Notes under the pieces: generated by a model
Told to the model about the DNA's origin: nothing
Database searches by the model: none
Seen by the model: the letters and a program-made list of their open reading frames with translations, nothing else
Assembly: GCA_045600125.1 (NCBI GenBank)
Contig: JAZRXH010000095.1
Location: forward strand, 1,445 to 65,444
From: Eubacteriales bacterium
GTDB taxonomy: Bacteria; Bacillota; Clostridia; Oscillospirales; CAG-382
Length of the DNA: 64,000 nt
Direction of reading: 5' to 3'
Shown: positions 36,582 to 45,643 of the stretch, one piece after another
Position numbering within the stretch: the stretch's first letter is position 1
Layout: each line of letters begins with the position of its first letter
Position numbers and translations under genes: made by a program

Positions 36582-37280
36582 GTGACGTATGTGATGTCGG
36601 ACATCCACGGGGAATTTGAAAAATACCGTGAGATGCTTGCAAAAATCGGCTTTTCGGACGAAGACACCCTTTATGTTCTCGGTGACGTGGCGGACAGAGG
36701 CGAAAAGCCCGTTGAAGTTCTTCTGAACATGATGCGGCGTAGGAACGTCATCCCGCTGATGGGAAATCACGACGCTTTCGCTTATAAGAATCTTTTACCG
36801 CTTCTTGACGAGATCGAAGAGGACAACATCGACTCCCACCTGAATGCTTCGACTCTCGGAAGCCTTATGAGCTGGTTGCGTGAGGGTGGAAGAACGACCC
36901 TTGACGGTTTCCGCTCCCTTTCGCCTTCCGTGCGGGAGGACGCACTGCGATACATTGCCGACTTTTCGGCGTATGAAACGGTGGAGGTCGGAGGATTTAC
37001 CTACGTTCTCGTCCATGCGGGACTCGGGAACTTTTCTCCCGAAAAGAAGCTTTCGGACTATACCCTTCACGAGCTGTGCGAGATGCGTCCGGATTACGAT
37101 ACGCCGCTCTTTGAGGATGGGAAGAAAATTGTCGTCTGCGGTCATACGCCGACCATGGCGATAAACGGAAAAAGCGAGATCTATCACGGAAACGGATACA
37201 TCGTCATCGACTGCGGAGCGACCTTCGGCGGAAGGCTTGCCTGCCTGCGGCTTGAGGACGGAAAAGAGTTTTACGTTTGA
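36582..37280 (+). CDS. metallophosphoesterase (PrpE/ApaH-like Ser/Thr phosphatase family)
   Basis: Motifs SDIHG, GDVADRG and GNHD, plus later His residues. Start moved to GTG 36582 (GAAGGAGAG 6 nt upstream), because the promoter at 36474-36502 lies inside the track ORF's 5' end. Confidence 0.8.
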   Translation: MTYVMSDIHGEFEKYREMLAKIGFSDEDTLYVLGDVADRGEKPVEVLLNMMRRRNVIPLMGNHDAFAYKNLLPLLDEIEEDNIDSHLNASTLGSLMSWLREGGRTTLDGFRSLSPSVREDALRYIADFSAYETVEVGGFTYVLVHAGLGNFSPEKKLSDYTLHELCEMRPDYDTPLFEDGKKIVVCGHTPTMAINGKSEIYHGNGYIVIDCGATFGGRLACLRLEDGKEFYV

Positions 37281-37325
37281 TTTAATTCTTAATATATAAA
37301 CATATTACCGGCGAGGAGATATACC

Positions 37326-38654
37326 ATGAAGAAGACATTCGGTTATAAGCACGAAAAATCCGACAACCCCTACATAGGCTTTTGCAGCTTTCAGCATTTC
37401 AAGGGGGAAAAGCTGTACTCCGACGTGATCGTCGACCATTCTAAAAATATGACCGAAACCGAGAATTACGAATGCTATCCCGTCCCGGAGTACGTTCCGC
37501 AGGAGGGAAGAAGTCAGGGCTTTTACCATGACGGGTCCGTTGCATACATCCGGTGCCTTTGGAAGGAATTCGAGCCGGTGCAGGGTGAATATCACTATGA
37601 ATTCATCGAGGACATCCTCGACAAGGCGGACAAGGCGGGACAGACGGTGCTGTTCCGGCTCATGGCGCACAGCACCCGTGCCTGCGACGACGTGCCGGAC
37701 TGGATGCGTGCTCTTGTGGAGTGCCCCGAAAGACCCGACGGAAAGAGAGTCAAGGATTCTCCGAAGGATCCCCTTTTCTGGGAGCTTTTCTGCAAGGCGG
37801 TAAGGAAGCTCGGCGAGCGCTTCGACGGTGACGAGCGCCTTGACGCCATCGACGTTTCGGTCCCCGGCGCCTGGGGCGAGGGACACAAGCTCGAGGAGTT
37901 TTCCGATGATATCATGACTCTCATCATGAACACCTATCTCGACGTTTTCAAAAACACCCATCTGATCGCACAGATCGGCATTCCAAAGTATGTAAAATAC
38001 CTTTCCGAGCACTGCAGCGTGGGATGGCGGGGAGACGGCGTGGGACATCTTCTCCACATGAACGAGCTGTACCCGACCTACTTTGCCAGCCTTCCCGACG
38101 GTCTCTGGAAGAAGGCGCCCGTTTCCTTCGAGTCCTACTGGTGGCTTGGGGAATGGCAGAGGCAGGGATGGAACATCGACGACATCTTCGCCTTCCTTCT
38201 CGACAAGCACGTTTCCACCTTCAACGGCAAGAATTTCCCCATTCCCGAGTCCTGGCACGATAAGGTCGAAGCCTTCGAGAATAAGATGGGCTATCATTTC
38301 GTCATTGACTCCTTTGAAGCGCCGGACGAAGCCGGAGCGGGGGAAAAGGCGGAATTTACTCTCTGTATCGACAACGTAGGCGTGGCGCCGATCTACCGGG
38401 CGCTTCCGCTTCATCTCGTTCTGTCGGACGGTAAGAACCGCTTTGAATTTGTGCCCGGATGCGACATCCGCTCGTGGCTTCCCGGAAAGCACACCGAGAG
38501 TCTTTCGGTAACACTTCCGACGGATATTCCCGGCGGTGAGTACGAGTGCCTTGCGGCGATTATCGGTAAAGACGGTAAGACAAAGGTCTTTTTCTGCACC
38601 GACGCCGAGTACGACGGCGATTACGTAAAGCTCGGAAAGCTCCTTGTGAAGTGA
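37326..38654 (+). CDS. DUF4832-type protein (GH42-like TIM barrel plus beta-sandwich; putative glycosidase, no signal peptide)
   Basis: The segment WKEFEPVQGEYHYEFIEDILDKADKAGQTVLFRL resembles GH42/DUF4874-DUF4832 proteins. RBS is GAGGAG. Confidence 0.6.
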   Translation: MKKTFGYKHEKSDNPYIGFCSFQHFKGEKLYSDVIVDHSKNMTETENYECYPVPEYVPQEGRSQGFYHDGSVAYIRCLWKEFEPVQGEYHYEFIEDILDKADKAGQTVLFRLMAHSTRACDDVPDWMRALVECPERPDGKRVKDSPKDPLFWELFCKAVRKLGERFDGDERLDAIDVSVPGAWGEGHKLEEFSDDIMTLIMNTYLDVFKNTHLIAQIGIPKYVKYLSEHCSVGWRGDGVGHLLHMNELYPTYFASLPDGLWKKAPVSFESYWWLGEWQRQGWNIDDIFAFLLDKHVSTFNGKNFPIPESWHDKVEAFENKMGYHFVIDSFEAPDEAGAGEKAEFTLCIDNVGVAPIYRALPLHLVLSDGKNRFEFVPGCDIRSWLPGKHTESLSVTLPTDIPGGEYECLAAIIGKDGKTKVFFCTDAEYDGDYVKLGKLLVK

Positions 38655-38662
38655 GGCTTCTC

Positions 38663-39220
38663 ATGACGGATAAGAAGGACATACCTTTTGCATTTTCTGA
38701 ATTTTCTCCTGCGACAGCCGAAGATATCACAGCCGTAATGCGGATATACGACGACGTTCTGACCGAGTGTGAGTGCGGCAGAATGTCGGTAGGCTGGGTG
38801 AGAGGTGTTTACCCGACAATCGAAACCGTGAATGCCGCCCTTGCGTCGGGGGATCTCTACGTGGAGCACGACGGGAACGGAAGGGTCGTTGCCTGCGGGC
38901 GCATCAACACCGTGCAGGTGGACGTGTATGAGGGCGCCGACTGGCAGTACAAGGCAGACCCCGGGCTTGTGACGGTCCTCCATACTCTGGCGGTGCTCCC
39001 TTCCGAAAAGGGGAAGGGATACGGCTCCCGGTTCGTCCGTTTTTACGAGGCGCTGGCAAAGGAGTGGGGAAGACCGTATCTCCGGATGGACACAAACGAA
39101 AAGAATGCCGCCGCAAGAGCCCTTTATGCAAAGCTCGGCTACCGTGAGATCGGCGTCGTACCCTGCGTCTTCAACGGCATAGCGGGCGTGGGACTCGTGC
39201 TGCTCGAAAAGAAAATCTGA
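38663..39220 (+). CDS. GNAT family N-acetyltransferase
   Basis: GNAT motif A in LAVLPSEKGKGYGSRFV, then ARALYAKLGY. The start lies 9 nt after the upstream stop. Confidence 0.8.
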   Translation: MTDKKDIPFAFSEFSPATAEDITAVMRIYDDVLTECECGRMSVGWVRGVYPTIETVNAALASGDLYVEHDGNGRVVACGRINTVQVDVYEGADWQYKADPGLVTVLHTLAVLPSEKGKGYGSRFVRFYEALAKEWGRPYLRMDTNEKNAAARALYAKLGYREIGVVPCVFNGIAGVGLVLLEKKI

Positions 39221-39285
39221 AATCAATAATTTTCAATAATTTTCTCTGGCAAAAAAACAATATCAAAATCAAAGGAAGCGAACTC

Positions 39286-40050
39286 ATGAACATGAACAAG
39301 AAAATGTACAAGTATGAAATGCACTGTCACACCACCGAAACGAGCAGGTGCGCCATCGTGAAGGCAGCCGACCTTGTGGATCACTACAAGCGTATCGGCT
39401 TTGACGGCGTGGTCATCACCGACCATTTCCTCAACGGCAATACCGTCGTGCCGAGAGAGCTTCCGTGGCAGGAGCGCATCGAGCAGTATACCCTCGGTTA
39501 CCGCAACGCCAAAAAGAGAGGCGACGAGATCGGTCTCGACGTGTTCTTTGCCTGGGAATTCAGCGCCGGCGGCGGCTCGGATTTTCTGACCTACGGTCTG
39601 GATATCGACTGGCTGTATGCCCATGAGAACGTGGATAAGATGAAGATCAACGACTATGCCGATCTCGTCCATGCAGACGGCGGATACCTTGTGCATGCGC
39701 ACCCCTTCCGGGAGGCGGCTTATATCGACATGATCCGCCTTGTCCCGAGAAAGGTGGATGCGGTGGAGATCGTCAACGCCTGCCGCTCGGAGTTTGAGAA
39801 CCGGCTTGCGGCGCAGTACGCCGAGAACTACAACCTCCACGCCTTCTGCGGCACCGATAACCACAGCGGCATAAGACCGCTTATCGCAGCGCTGGAGATC
39901 CCGTTCCGGGCAAAGAATACCGCCGAGATCCTTGAAGCGGTCCTTCGGGAGGAGCAGAGCATCGAGCTTCTCCGGTTCAAGGAGCCCTATACCGAAATCG
40001 ACGAAACGGTGAAGATCGAAAAGAACGTCATCCGGGACGAAACAAAATAA
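39286..40050 (+). CDS. PHP-domain phosphoesterase
   Basis: N-terminal metal-binding motif MHCHTTETSRC, plus later His residues (VHAHPFRE, GTDNH), typical of the PHP family. Confidence 0.75.
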   Translation: MNMNKKMYKYEMHCHTTETSRCAIVKAADLVDHYKRIGFDGVVITDHFLNGNTVVPRELPWQERIEQYTLGYRNAKKRGDEIGLDVFFAWEFSAGGGSDFLTYGLDIDWLYAHENVDKMKINDYADLVHADGGYLVHAHPFREAAYIDMIRLVPRKVDAVEIVNACRSEFENRLAAQYAENYNLHAFCGTDNHSGIRPLIAALEIPFRAKNTAEILEAVLREEQSIELLRFKEPYTEIDETVKIEKNVIRDETK

Positions 40051-40075
40051 TCGGGAATGGAGAAAGAAAAAGAAT

Positions 40076-40915
40076 ATGAAGCTCGGAATCATCAGCGGCT
40101 GGGACGAGGAAGGCTTTGAAAGAGTGCGCTATTACGGACTCGACTATTCGGAATTCACCGCAAATCACGACGTCAACAGCAAGGATCTTCTCGATGATAA
40201 GGAAAATATCAAAGCGAGAATGAAAAAGTATAACGTCAGGGTCGGCTCGGCGGGACGCTGGGGCATGGTGCGCATCGACGACGCCGGGAAGCCGATCCCC
40301 GAGGCGGTACGCCATGATAAGAATCTCATTGATCTCTGCTCCGACATCGGATGCCCGGTCTATAATCTCGGTGTGAACAAGGCGGAAAAGCTTTCCTCCG
40401 ATGACCTTTACGATGCGGCGACAGACTACCTCGGACAGTTGTGCGATTACGCCGCCGGAAAGGGCGTAAAGCTCGGCGTATACAACTGCGACTGGGCGAA
40501 TTTCATCACGTCTCCCGAGCAGTGGAGAGTCATCCTTCCGAGGATCCCCGCTCTCGGCATCAAGTACGACCCGTCCCACAGCATCAATCACAACGGCGGG
40601 AAAGAGCTGTACCTTTCGGAAATGGCAGAGTACGGCGACCGGATCGTGCATTTCCATCTGAAGGGCGAGGTCTATATCGACGGCAAGCACTTCGACGAGC
40701 CTCCCGTCGGCATGGACATGATCCGGTGGGGAAAGGTCTTCGACGTTCTGTATGCGAAGAACTACAACGGCATGTGCTCCCTCGAGCCGCATTCGCCCAA
40801 GTGGACGGGACTGAAGGCAAGCTGGGGCGTCCATTTTGCCATAAACTTCATAAAGCCCTTCATCATGCCGGAGGACTACAGTGGCAGAAACAGCCCGAAC
40901 TGCTATAATCCGTAA
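40076..40915 (+). CDS. sugar phosphate isomerase/epimerase (xylose isomerase-like TIM barrel)
   Basis: Length and pattern (VHFHLKG, SLEPH) are typical of AP-endonuclease-2/xylose-isomerase-like TIM barrels. Confidence 0.7.
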   Translation: MKLGIISGWDEEGFERVRYYGLDYSEFTANHDVNSKDLLDDKENIKARMKKYNVRVGSAGRWGMVRIDDAGKPIPEAVRHDKNLIDLCSDIGCPVYNLGVNKAEKLSSDDLYDAATDYLGQLCDYAAGKGVKLGVYNCDWANFITSPEQWRVILPRIPALGIKYDPSHSINHNGGKELYLSEMAEYGDRIVHFHLKGEVYIDGKHFDEPPVGMDMIRWGKVFDVLYAKNYNGMCSLEPHSPKWTGLKASWGVHFAINFIKPFIMPEDYSGRNSPNCYNP

Positions 40916-40959
40916 GCGGAGATTATTCAGAACACCTTGCAATACACGGAAGATATGAA

Positions 40960-40996
40960 AATGCGGAGAGAAGGTCTTTCCGCATTCTTCTTTTTT
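40960..40996 (+). terminator. intrinsic terminator after the TIM-barrel gene
   Basis: AATGCGGA-11 nt loop-TCCGCATT followed by CTTCTTTTTT. Confidence 0.75.
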
Positions 40997-41028
40997 CTGC
41001 GATTGTTTCCAAATTTTATAAAATATCC

Positions 41029-41057
41029 TTGAATTATGCGAAATTCTTTGCTATAAT
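41029..41057 (+). promoter_or_regulatory. sigma-A promoter upstream of the flavin reductase / MBOAT locus
   Basis: TTGAAT-17 nt-TATAAT, leaving a leader of about 120 nt. Confidence 0.6.
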
Positions 41058-41183
41058 AAAAAAGATAATGCCGATTTATGCGTATCGGGATGCAAAATAA
41101 CGGGAAGCGTGTGAAAATGCGGTGCGCATTGCCGAAGAAGGCGAAACGGATATCGTAAATCATTCCCGAAAGGAAGAACAATC

Positions 41184-41741
41184 ATGCGAAAAAGCTTCGG
41201 AGCCAATAATTTTCTTTACCCCATGCCGGTGCTTGTCATCGGGACCTACGACGAAAACGGGAACCCCGACGCCATGACCGCCGCCTGGGGCGGATTTTCC
41301 GATACGAACGAGATATGCGTCTGCCTTTCCGCAGAGCATAAAACAACGAAGAATATCGTGTCCTCCCGCTGCTTTACCGTCAGCCCCGGTACGGTCGATA
41401 CGGCGGTGCAGTGTGACTACGTGGGCATGGTGAGCGGCAACGACGAACCGGATAAAATGAAAAAGGCAGGTCTTTCTGCCGAGCGGGCAAAGCACGTCAA
41501 CGCCCCGGTCTTCCGTGAACTTCCCATGGCGCTTGAATGCGAGCTGGTGCGCATCACCGGGGAGGGGCTTGTGATCGCCAGGGTAGTCGACGTTACAGCC
41601 GACGAGAGCATTCTCGGCGATGACGGGAAGATCTTATGTGAAAAGCTGAGACCCATCTGTTTTGACGGTGTTGCGGACACCTACAGAAGCATCGGGGAAA
41701 GCGTTGAGAAAGCCTTCTCCTGCTTTACGAAGCTCGGTTAA
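41184..41741 (+). CDS. flavin reductase family protein (FMN-binding split barrel)
   Basis: The N-terminal segment NNFLYPMPVLVIGTYDENGNPDAMTAAWGG is typical of the flavin-reductase-like domain. Confidence 0.8.
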   Translation: MRKSFGANNFLYPMPVLVIGTYDENGNPDAMTAAWGGFSDTNEICVCLSAEHKTTKNIVSSRCFTVSPGTVDTAVQCDYVGMVSGNDEPDKMKKAGLSAERAKHVNAPVFRELPMALECELVRITGEGLVIARVVDVTADESILGDDGKILCEKLRPICFDGVADTYRSIGESVEKAFSCFTKLG

Positions 41742-41774
41742 CACGAGCCGCTGTTTTTGAAAGGATATATACGC

Positions 41775-43838
41775 ATGAATAGTAGAAAAACGGCGGGACT
41801 TTCCGTCCTGCTCCTTGCCTCGTTTTCTCTGTTTTCCTCCTGCGCAAAGCAGCCCGGGATTCCCGTCTCGGTCATGCTGACCTGCGGAGACGGCTTTACG
41901 GTCACGGGGGAGAACCCGAAAAGGATAAACAGCGGGGAGGACGTTTCCTTCCCCGTAACTCTTGAAGAAGGATACAGCTTTATCCAGGTCCTTCCCGACG
42001 GACTCGATTACACCTTTGACGGGGAGAATTTCAAAATCAAAAACGTGAAGTATCCGCTGACCGTCGAACCCGTTGCGGCGTCGGGAAAGGAGACCTACCG
42101 CTTCAGCCTGCAGAGCCTCAGCGGCGGCGGAAACGTAAGCTCGAACATCCAAAACGGAAGGATCCGTGCCGGAACGAGGATCACCGTAGACGCCGTTCCG
42201 AAAGAAGGCTACGTATTCCTCGGGTGGAGCCTTGACAAGGCGCTTTCGACCGGGGAAGCGGAGCTTGTTTCCGAGGCAAGACAGTATTCCTTCATTCTCG
42301 AAGAGAATACGGTCATCCACGCAAACTTCAAAAACGTGGCGGAAAAGGTGGAGGACAATTCCACAAAGCCCAGATCCGTCGTCACCGAGTCGAGAATCGT
42401 AATCTATCATCCCAACGGCGGCGTCATCAACGGCACCGAGGATGAGATCTACGCCTACGAGGCGAACGACACCTATTACATAAGCCCGAATACCGTGGCG
42501 GCTGCCGACGAGATATTCTCCCGGGACGGCTATAAGCTGGTCGGCTTCTCGGATACCGCCGACGGCAGCGGCAGATTCTTCGGCATCGGGCATACCGCCT
42601 TCTTTGCCGAGGGCGAAAACGCCGTGACAAATCTTTACTGCGTATGGAAGGAATACTCCGACATTTCGGACTTTGAATTCCGAAGCTGCGAGGACGGCCT
42701 TGAGCTTGTGAAGTATAACGGGGACGAGGAAGAGGTCGTCATTCCCGAACGGGTGAATGGAAAGAACGTGATCTCGATCGCATCCGGCGCCATAAGCGGG
42801 GAGAATATCCGCAGTCTTTATCTTCCTTTCTGCCTTACCCGCGGCGAGAGCGGCGCCGTGACCGACTGTCCGAATCTTGCCGAGATCACTCTTTCGGATG
42901 CGCTGAAAAGCGTGCCCAATGATTTCTTCTCGGATACAGCCGTCTACAGGACCGTTCATCTGAACGCCGCCGTAAGACCCGCTTTCTCCGGCTATTACCG
43001 CAATTTCAGCCTGAAATATCAGTATCTGATGTCGCTTCCCGACGACCGCCCCAAGGTCGCCGTGCTGTCCGGCTCGAACACCGACCACGGCGTGGATACG
43101 CTCTGGATGGAACAGCAGGAGAACGGCAAGTATTATTTCATCAACTACGGCACCGACGCCGCCTTCAATATCACGCTGTATCTTGACTGCGTAAGCCATA
43201 TGCTGGGCGAGGGGGATTATCTTCTCCATAACTTCGAGCAGATGGACTACTGCAAGGGTACCCTTGAGATCAACGCCATGACCTTCCAGGGACTCGAATC
43301 GACCTACAATATCCTTTCGCTCATTGACATGTCCAAATACGGGAATTTCCTCGGCGCCATCTGCGAATTCAACGAAATGCGCAGCAAGATGGGAAAGGGC
43401 GATTACGTGGAGATCCCCAACGTCCACAACAAGCGCGGCGAAAAGTTCGGTATCCAGCTGGACTATAACCGGGACGACTTCCGCAGCGGCGCCAACGGTA
43501 CCTTCTGTTTCGGCTACGACGTGATCACGAAGAAGGAAGCCGAAAACCTCAGCGGCATCTACCGGGAGGCAAGAAGCAGGGGAGTGAACATCCTTATTAC
43601 TTACCCGTCCTTCAACTACAACGCCATTGACGAAAAGTGCAGGAATGAAAAAGCGTATTCGGAATACGACCGCTTCATCCGTGAAAATATGGACGCTCCG
43701 CTTATCTCCAAGGTCAGCGACTACATCTTCGAGGGCAAGTATATGTCCAACACCGACTACCACCTGAACGAGCACGGGCGTAAGATCCGCACCGAAAATC
43801 TTCTCCGTGACTTTAAGGCATACCTCGAAAAGCACTGA
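41775..43838 (+). CDS. surface lipoprotein: Listeria-Bacteroides (Flg_new) repeats plus BspA-type LRR plus C-terminal DltD/AlgJ-like SGNH-type domain
   Basis: Signal peptide ending LFSSC. GYVFLGWS and GYKLVGFSDTADGSG repeat motifs. An LRR block (VVIPERVNGKNVISIASGAISG..CPNLAEITL). The C-terminal domain is homologous to the N-terminal domain of CDS 45644-47074: PKVAVLSGSNTDHGVD aligns with PKTVLIGGSNLAFGID, and SNTDYHLNEHG with DTNYHLNDTG. Confidence 0.75.
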   Translation: MNSRKTAGLSVLLLASFSLFSSCAKQPGIPVSVMLTCGDGFTVTGENPKRINSGEDVSFPVTLEEGYSFIQVLPDGLDYTFDGENFKIKNVKYPLTVEPVAASGKETYRFSLQSLSGGGNVSSNIQNGRIRAGTRITVDAVPKEGYVFLGWSLDKALSTGEAELVSEARQYSFILEENTVIHANFKNVAEKVEDNSTKPRSVVTESRIVIYHPNGGVINGTEDEIYAYEANDTYYISPNTVAAADEIFSRDGYKLVGFSDTADGSGRFFGIGHTAFFAEGENAVTNLYCVWKEYSDISDFEFRSCEDGLELVKYNGDEEEVVIPERVNGKNVISIASGAISGENIRSLYLPFCLTRGESGAVTDCPNLAEITLSDALKSVPNDFFSDTAVYRTVHLNAAVRPAFSGYYRNFSLKYQYLMSLPDDRPKVAVLSGSNTDHGVDTLWMEQQENGKYYFINYGTDAAFNITLYLDCVSHMLGEGDYLLHNFEQMDYCKGTLEINAMTFQGLESTYNILSLIDMSKYGNFLGAICEFNEMRSKMGKGDYVEIPNVHNKRGEKFGIQLDYNRDDFRSGANGTFCFGYDVITKKEAENLSGIYREARSRGVNILITYPSFNYNAIDEKCRNEKAYSEYDRFIRENMDAPLISKVSDYIFEGKYMSNTDYHLNEHGRKIRTENLLRDFKAYLEKH

Positions 43839-43887
43839 GTCTTTCCTCTGTCGAAAATCGAACGATATTTACCGAAAGGAATTTGTA

Positions 43888-44163
43888 ATGACCGAGCTTA
43901 TTTTCTTTTCAAAGCCGCTTCTGCTTTTTGTGCCGATCGTCTTCGGGCTTTTGCAGATTCTTCTTGTCCGAATTCCGAAGCCGGCTTCACTGGCTGTCAA
44001 CGCCGTGCTTTTTACTGCCGCCGTTGTTCTGCTCATCCTCGTGGGCGGACAGCTATCGGATATCCTTGTGACGACTCTTTTTGCTTCGCTCTTGTCCTTT
44101 GTTTTCTCGGAAAACGCTTATAAGAGCGGTGCCGAAAGCGGAAAGGGGGAGGAAGAGAAATGA
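43888..44163 (+). CDS. small membrane protein (91 aa, about 3 TM), translationally coupled to the MBOAT gene
   Basis: ATG 43888 after AAAGGAA. Three hydrophobic segments and an acidic tail. The stop TGA overlaps the MBOAT ATG (ATGA at 44160-44163). Confidence 0.6.
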   Translation: MTELIFFSKPLLLFVPIVFGLLQILLVRIPKPASLAVNAVLFTAAVVLLILVGGQLSDILVTTLFASLLSFVFSENAYKSGAESGKGEEEK

Positions 44164-45623
44164 CCTTCAATTCCGCCGTATTTCTGCTTTTTTTCCCCAT
44201 CGTTCTTCTTTTCCATTTCTTTACGCCGAAGAAATACCGTGTGATCCCGCTTCTCATCGCCAGCTATTATTTCTACGCAAGCTGGAATTTCGGTCTGATG
44301 AGCCTCATCCTTTTCACCACCGCCGTTTCGTATTTCGCCGGTATTTACATTGAAAAGACTGACTCGAAAAAGGTAAAGAAGCTGCTCCTTACCGTCACGC
44401 TCATCGCCTGCTTCGGGGTGCTGTTCTTCTTCAAGTATTTCAATTTCTTCTCCTCCGTCGTCTTTTCGGCGGCAAGGCTCTTCGGAGCCGCAGGGGAGGG
44501 CATAAGCCTGAAGCTCATCCTTCCCGTGGGTATTTCCTTCTATACCTTCCAGACGCTTTCCTACGTTATCGACGTATACAGAGGAAGCATCCGGGCGGAA
44601 CGGAATTTCCTCTATTACGCTCTCTTTGTTTCCTTCTTCCCGCAGCTGGTGGCAGGACCTATCGAGCGCCCGGAAAACCTTCTGCCGCAGCTGAAGAGCG
44701 ACCTTCGCCCCGAGAGAGAAAATTTCATCGTCGGCGGCTCGGTCATGCTCATCGGCTACTTCAAGAAGATCGCCGTGGCGGATTTCTTCGCAGGCTACGT
44801 GAACACCGTCTATAATTCCCCGGAAAACGCAAGCGGCGCTTCGGTGATCCTCGCAAGCGTTCTGTTTGCCGTTCAGATCTACTGCGACTTCTCCGGCTAT
44901 ACCGATATCGCCATCGGAGCGGCACGGATCATGGGTATCCGCCTCATGCGGAACTTCGACAGACCCTACAGCTCACGTTCCGTAAGGGAATTCTGGTCAA
45001 GATGGCATATCAGCCTTTCCTCATGGTTCAAAGATTATCTTTACATACCTCTTGGCGGCAACCGGAAAGGCACGGCAAGGACGCTTCTCAACATCCTCAT
45101 CGTCTTCGCCGTCAGCGGTCTGTGGCACGGTGCGGACACCACCTTTATCGTGTGGGGCGTTCTGCACGGCGTTTATCAGATTATCGGAAGACTGACGTGG
45201 AAGGCAAGACGGAAGGCATGGGAAAAGCTAGGGGTTCCGGAAAACGGGAAATTCCTTTCGGGACTCCGTGTGTTCAATACCTTTGTGCTCACCACCTTTG
45301 CCTGGATCTTCTTCCGTGCGAATAACGTGGCCGATCTCGGAACCATTCTCGGGAAACTGTTTACCTCGTGGGATACCGGCATTCTTTCCTCCGTCCGGGA
45401 CGGAATGGGCTTTACCGCCACGTCTGCCGTGCTTGCCGTCCTGCTCCTTGTGACGCTCATGCTTCTTGACAGAAGGATGTCGGCTGTCTATACCGAGGAA
45501 AAAGGAAATACCGTTTCCTTCGACCGTTCTACCGCCCTTCTTCTTGTGTGGACGGTCATTGCCGCATGGCTTCTTCTGTATGCCGGAGGCGGCGCAAGCA
45601 CCTTTATTTACTTCCAGTTCTGA
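44160..45623 (+). CDS. MBOAT family O-acyltransferase (AlgI/DltB/PatA-like)
   Basis: Polytopic protein of 487 aa with the hallmark catalytic His region FWSRWHISLSSWFKDYLYIPLGGNRKG. Confidence 0.92.
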   Translation: MTFNSAVFLLFFPIVLLFHFFTPKKYRVIPLLIASYYFYASWNFGLMSLILFTTAVSYFAGIYIEKTDSKKVKKLLLTVTLIACFGVLFFFKYFNFFSSVVFSAARLFGAAGEGISLKLILPVGISFYTFQTLSYVIDVYRGSIRAERNFLYYALFVSFFPQLVAGPIERPENLLPQLKSDLRPERENFIVGGSVMLIGYFKKIAVADFFAGYVNTVYNSPENASGASVILASVLFAVQIYCDFSGYTDIAIGAARIMGIRLMRNFDRPYSSRSVREFWSRWHISLSSWFKDYLYIPLGGNRKGTARTLLNILIVFAVSGLWHGADTTFIVWGVLHGVYQIIGRLTWKARRKAWEKLGVPENGKFLSGLRVFNTFVLTTFAWIFFRANNVADLGTILGKLFTSWDTGILSSVRDGMGFTATSAVLAVLLLVTLMLLDRRMSAVYTEEKGNTVSFDRSTALLLVWTVIAAWLLLYAGGGASTFIYFQF

Positions 45624-45643
45624 TGAAAGGAGATGTCATATAA

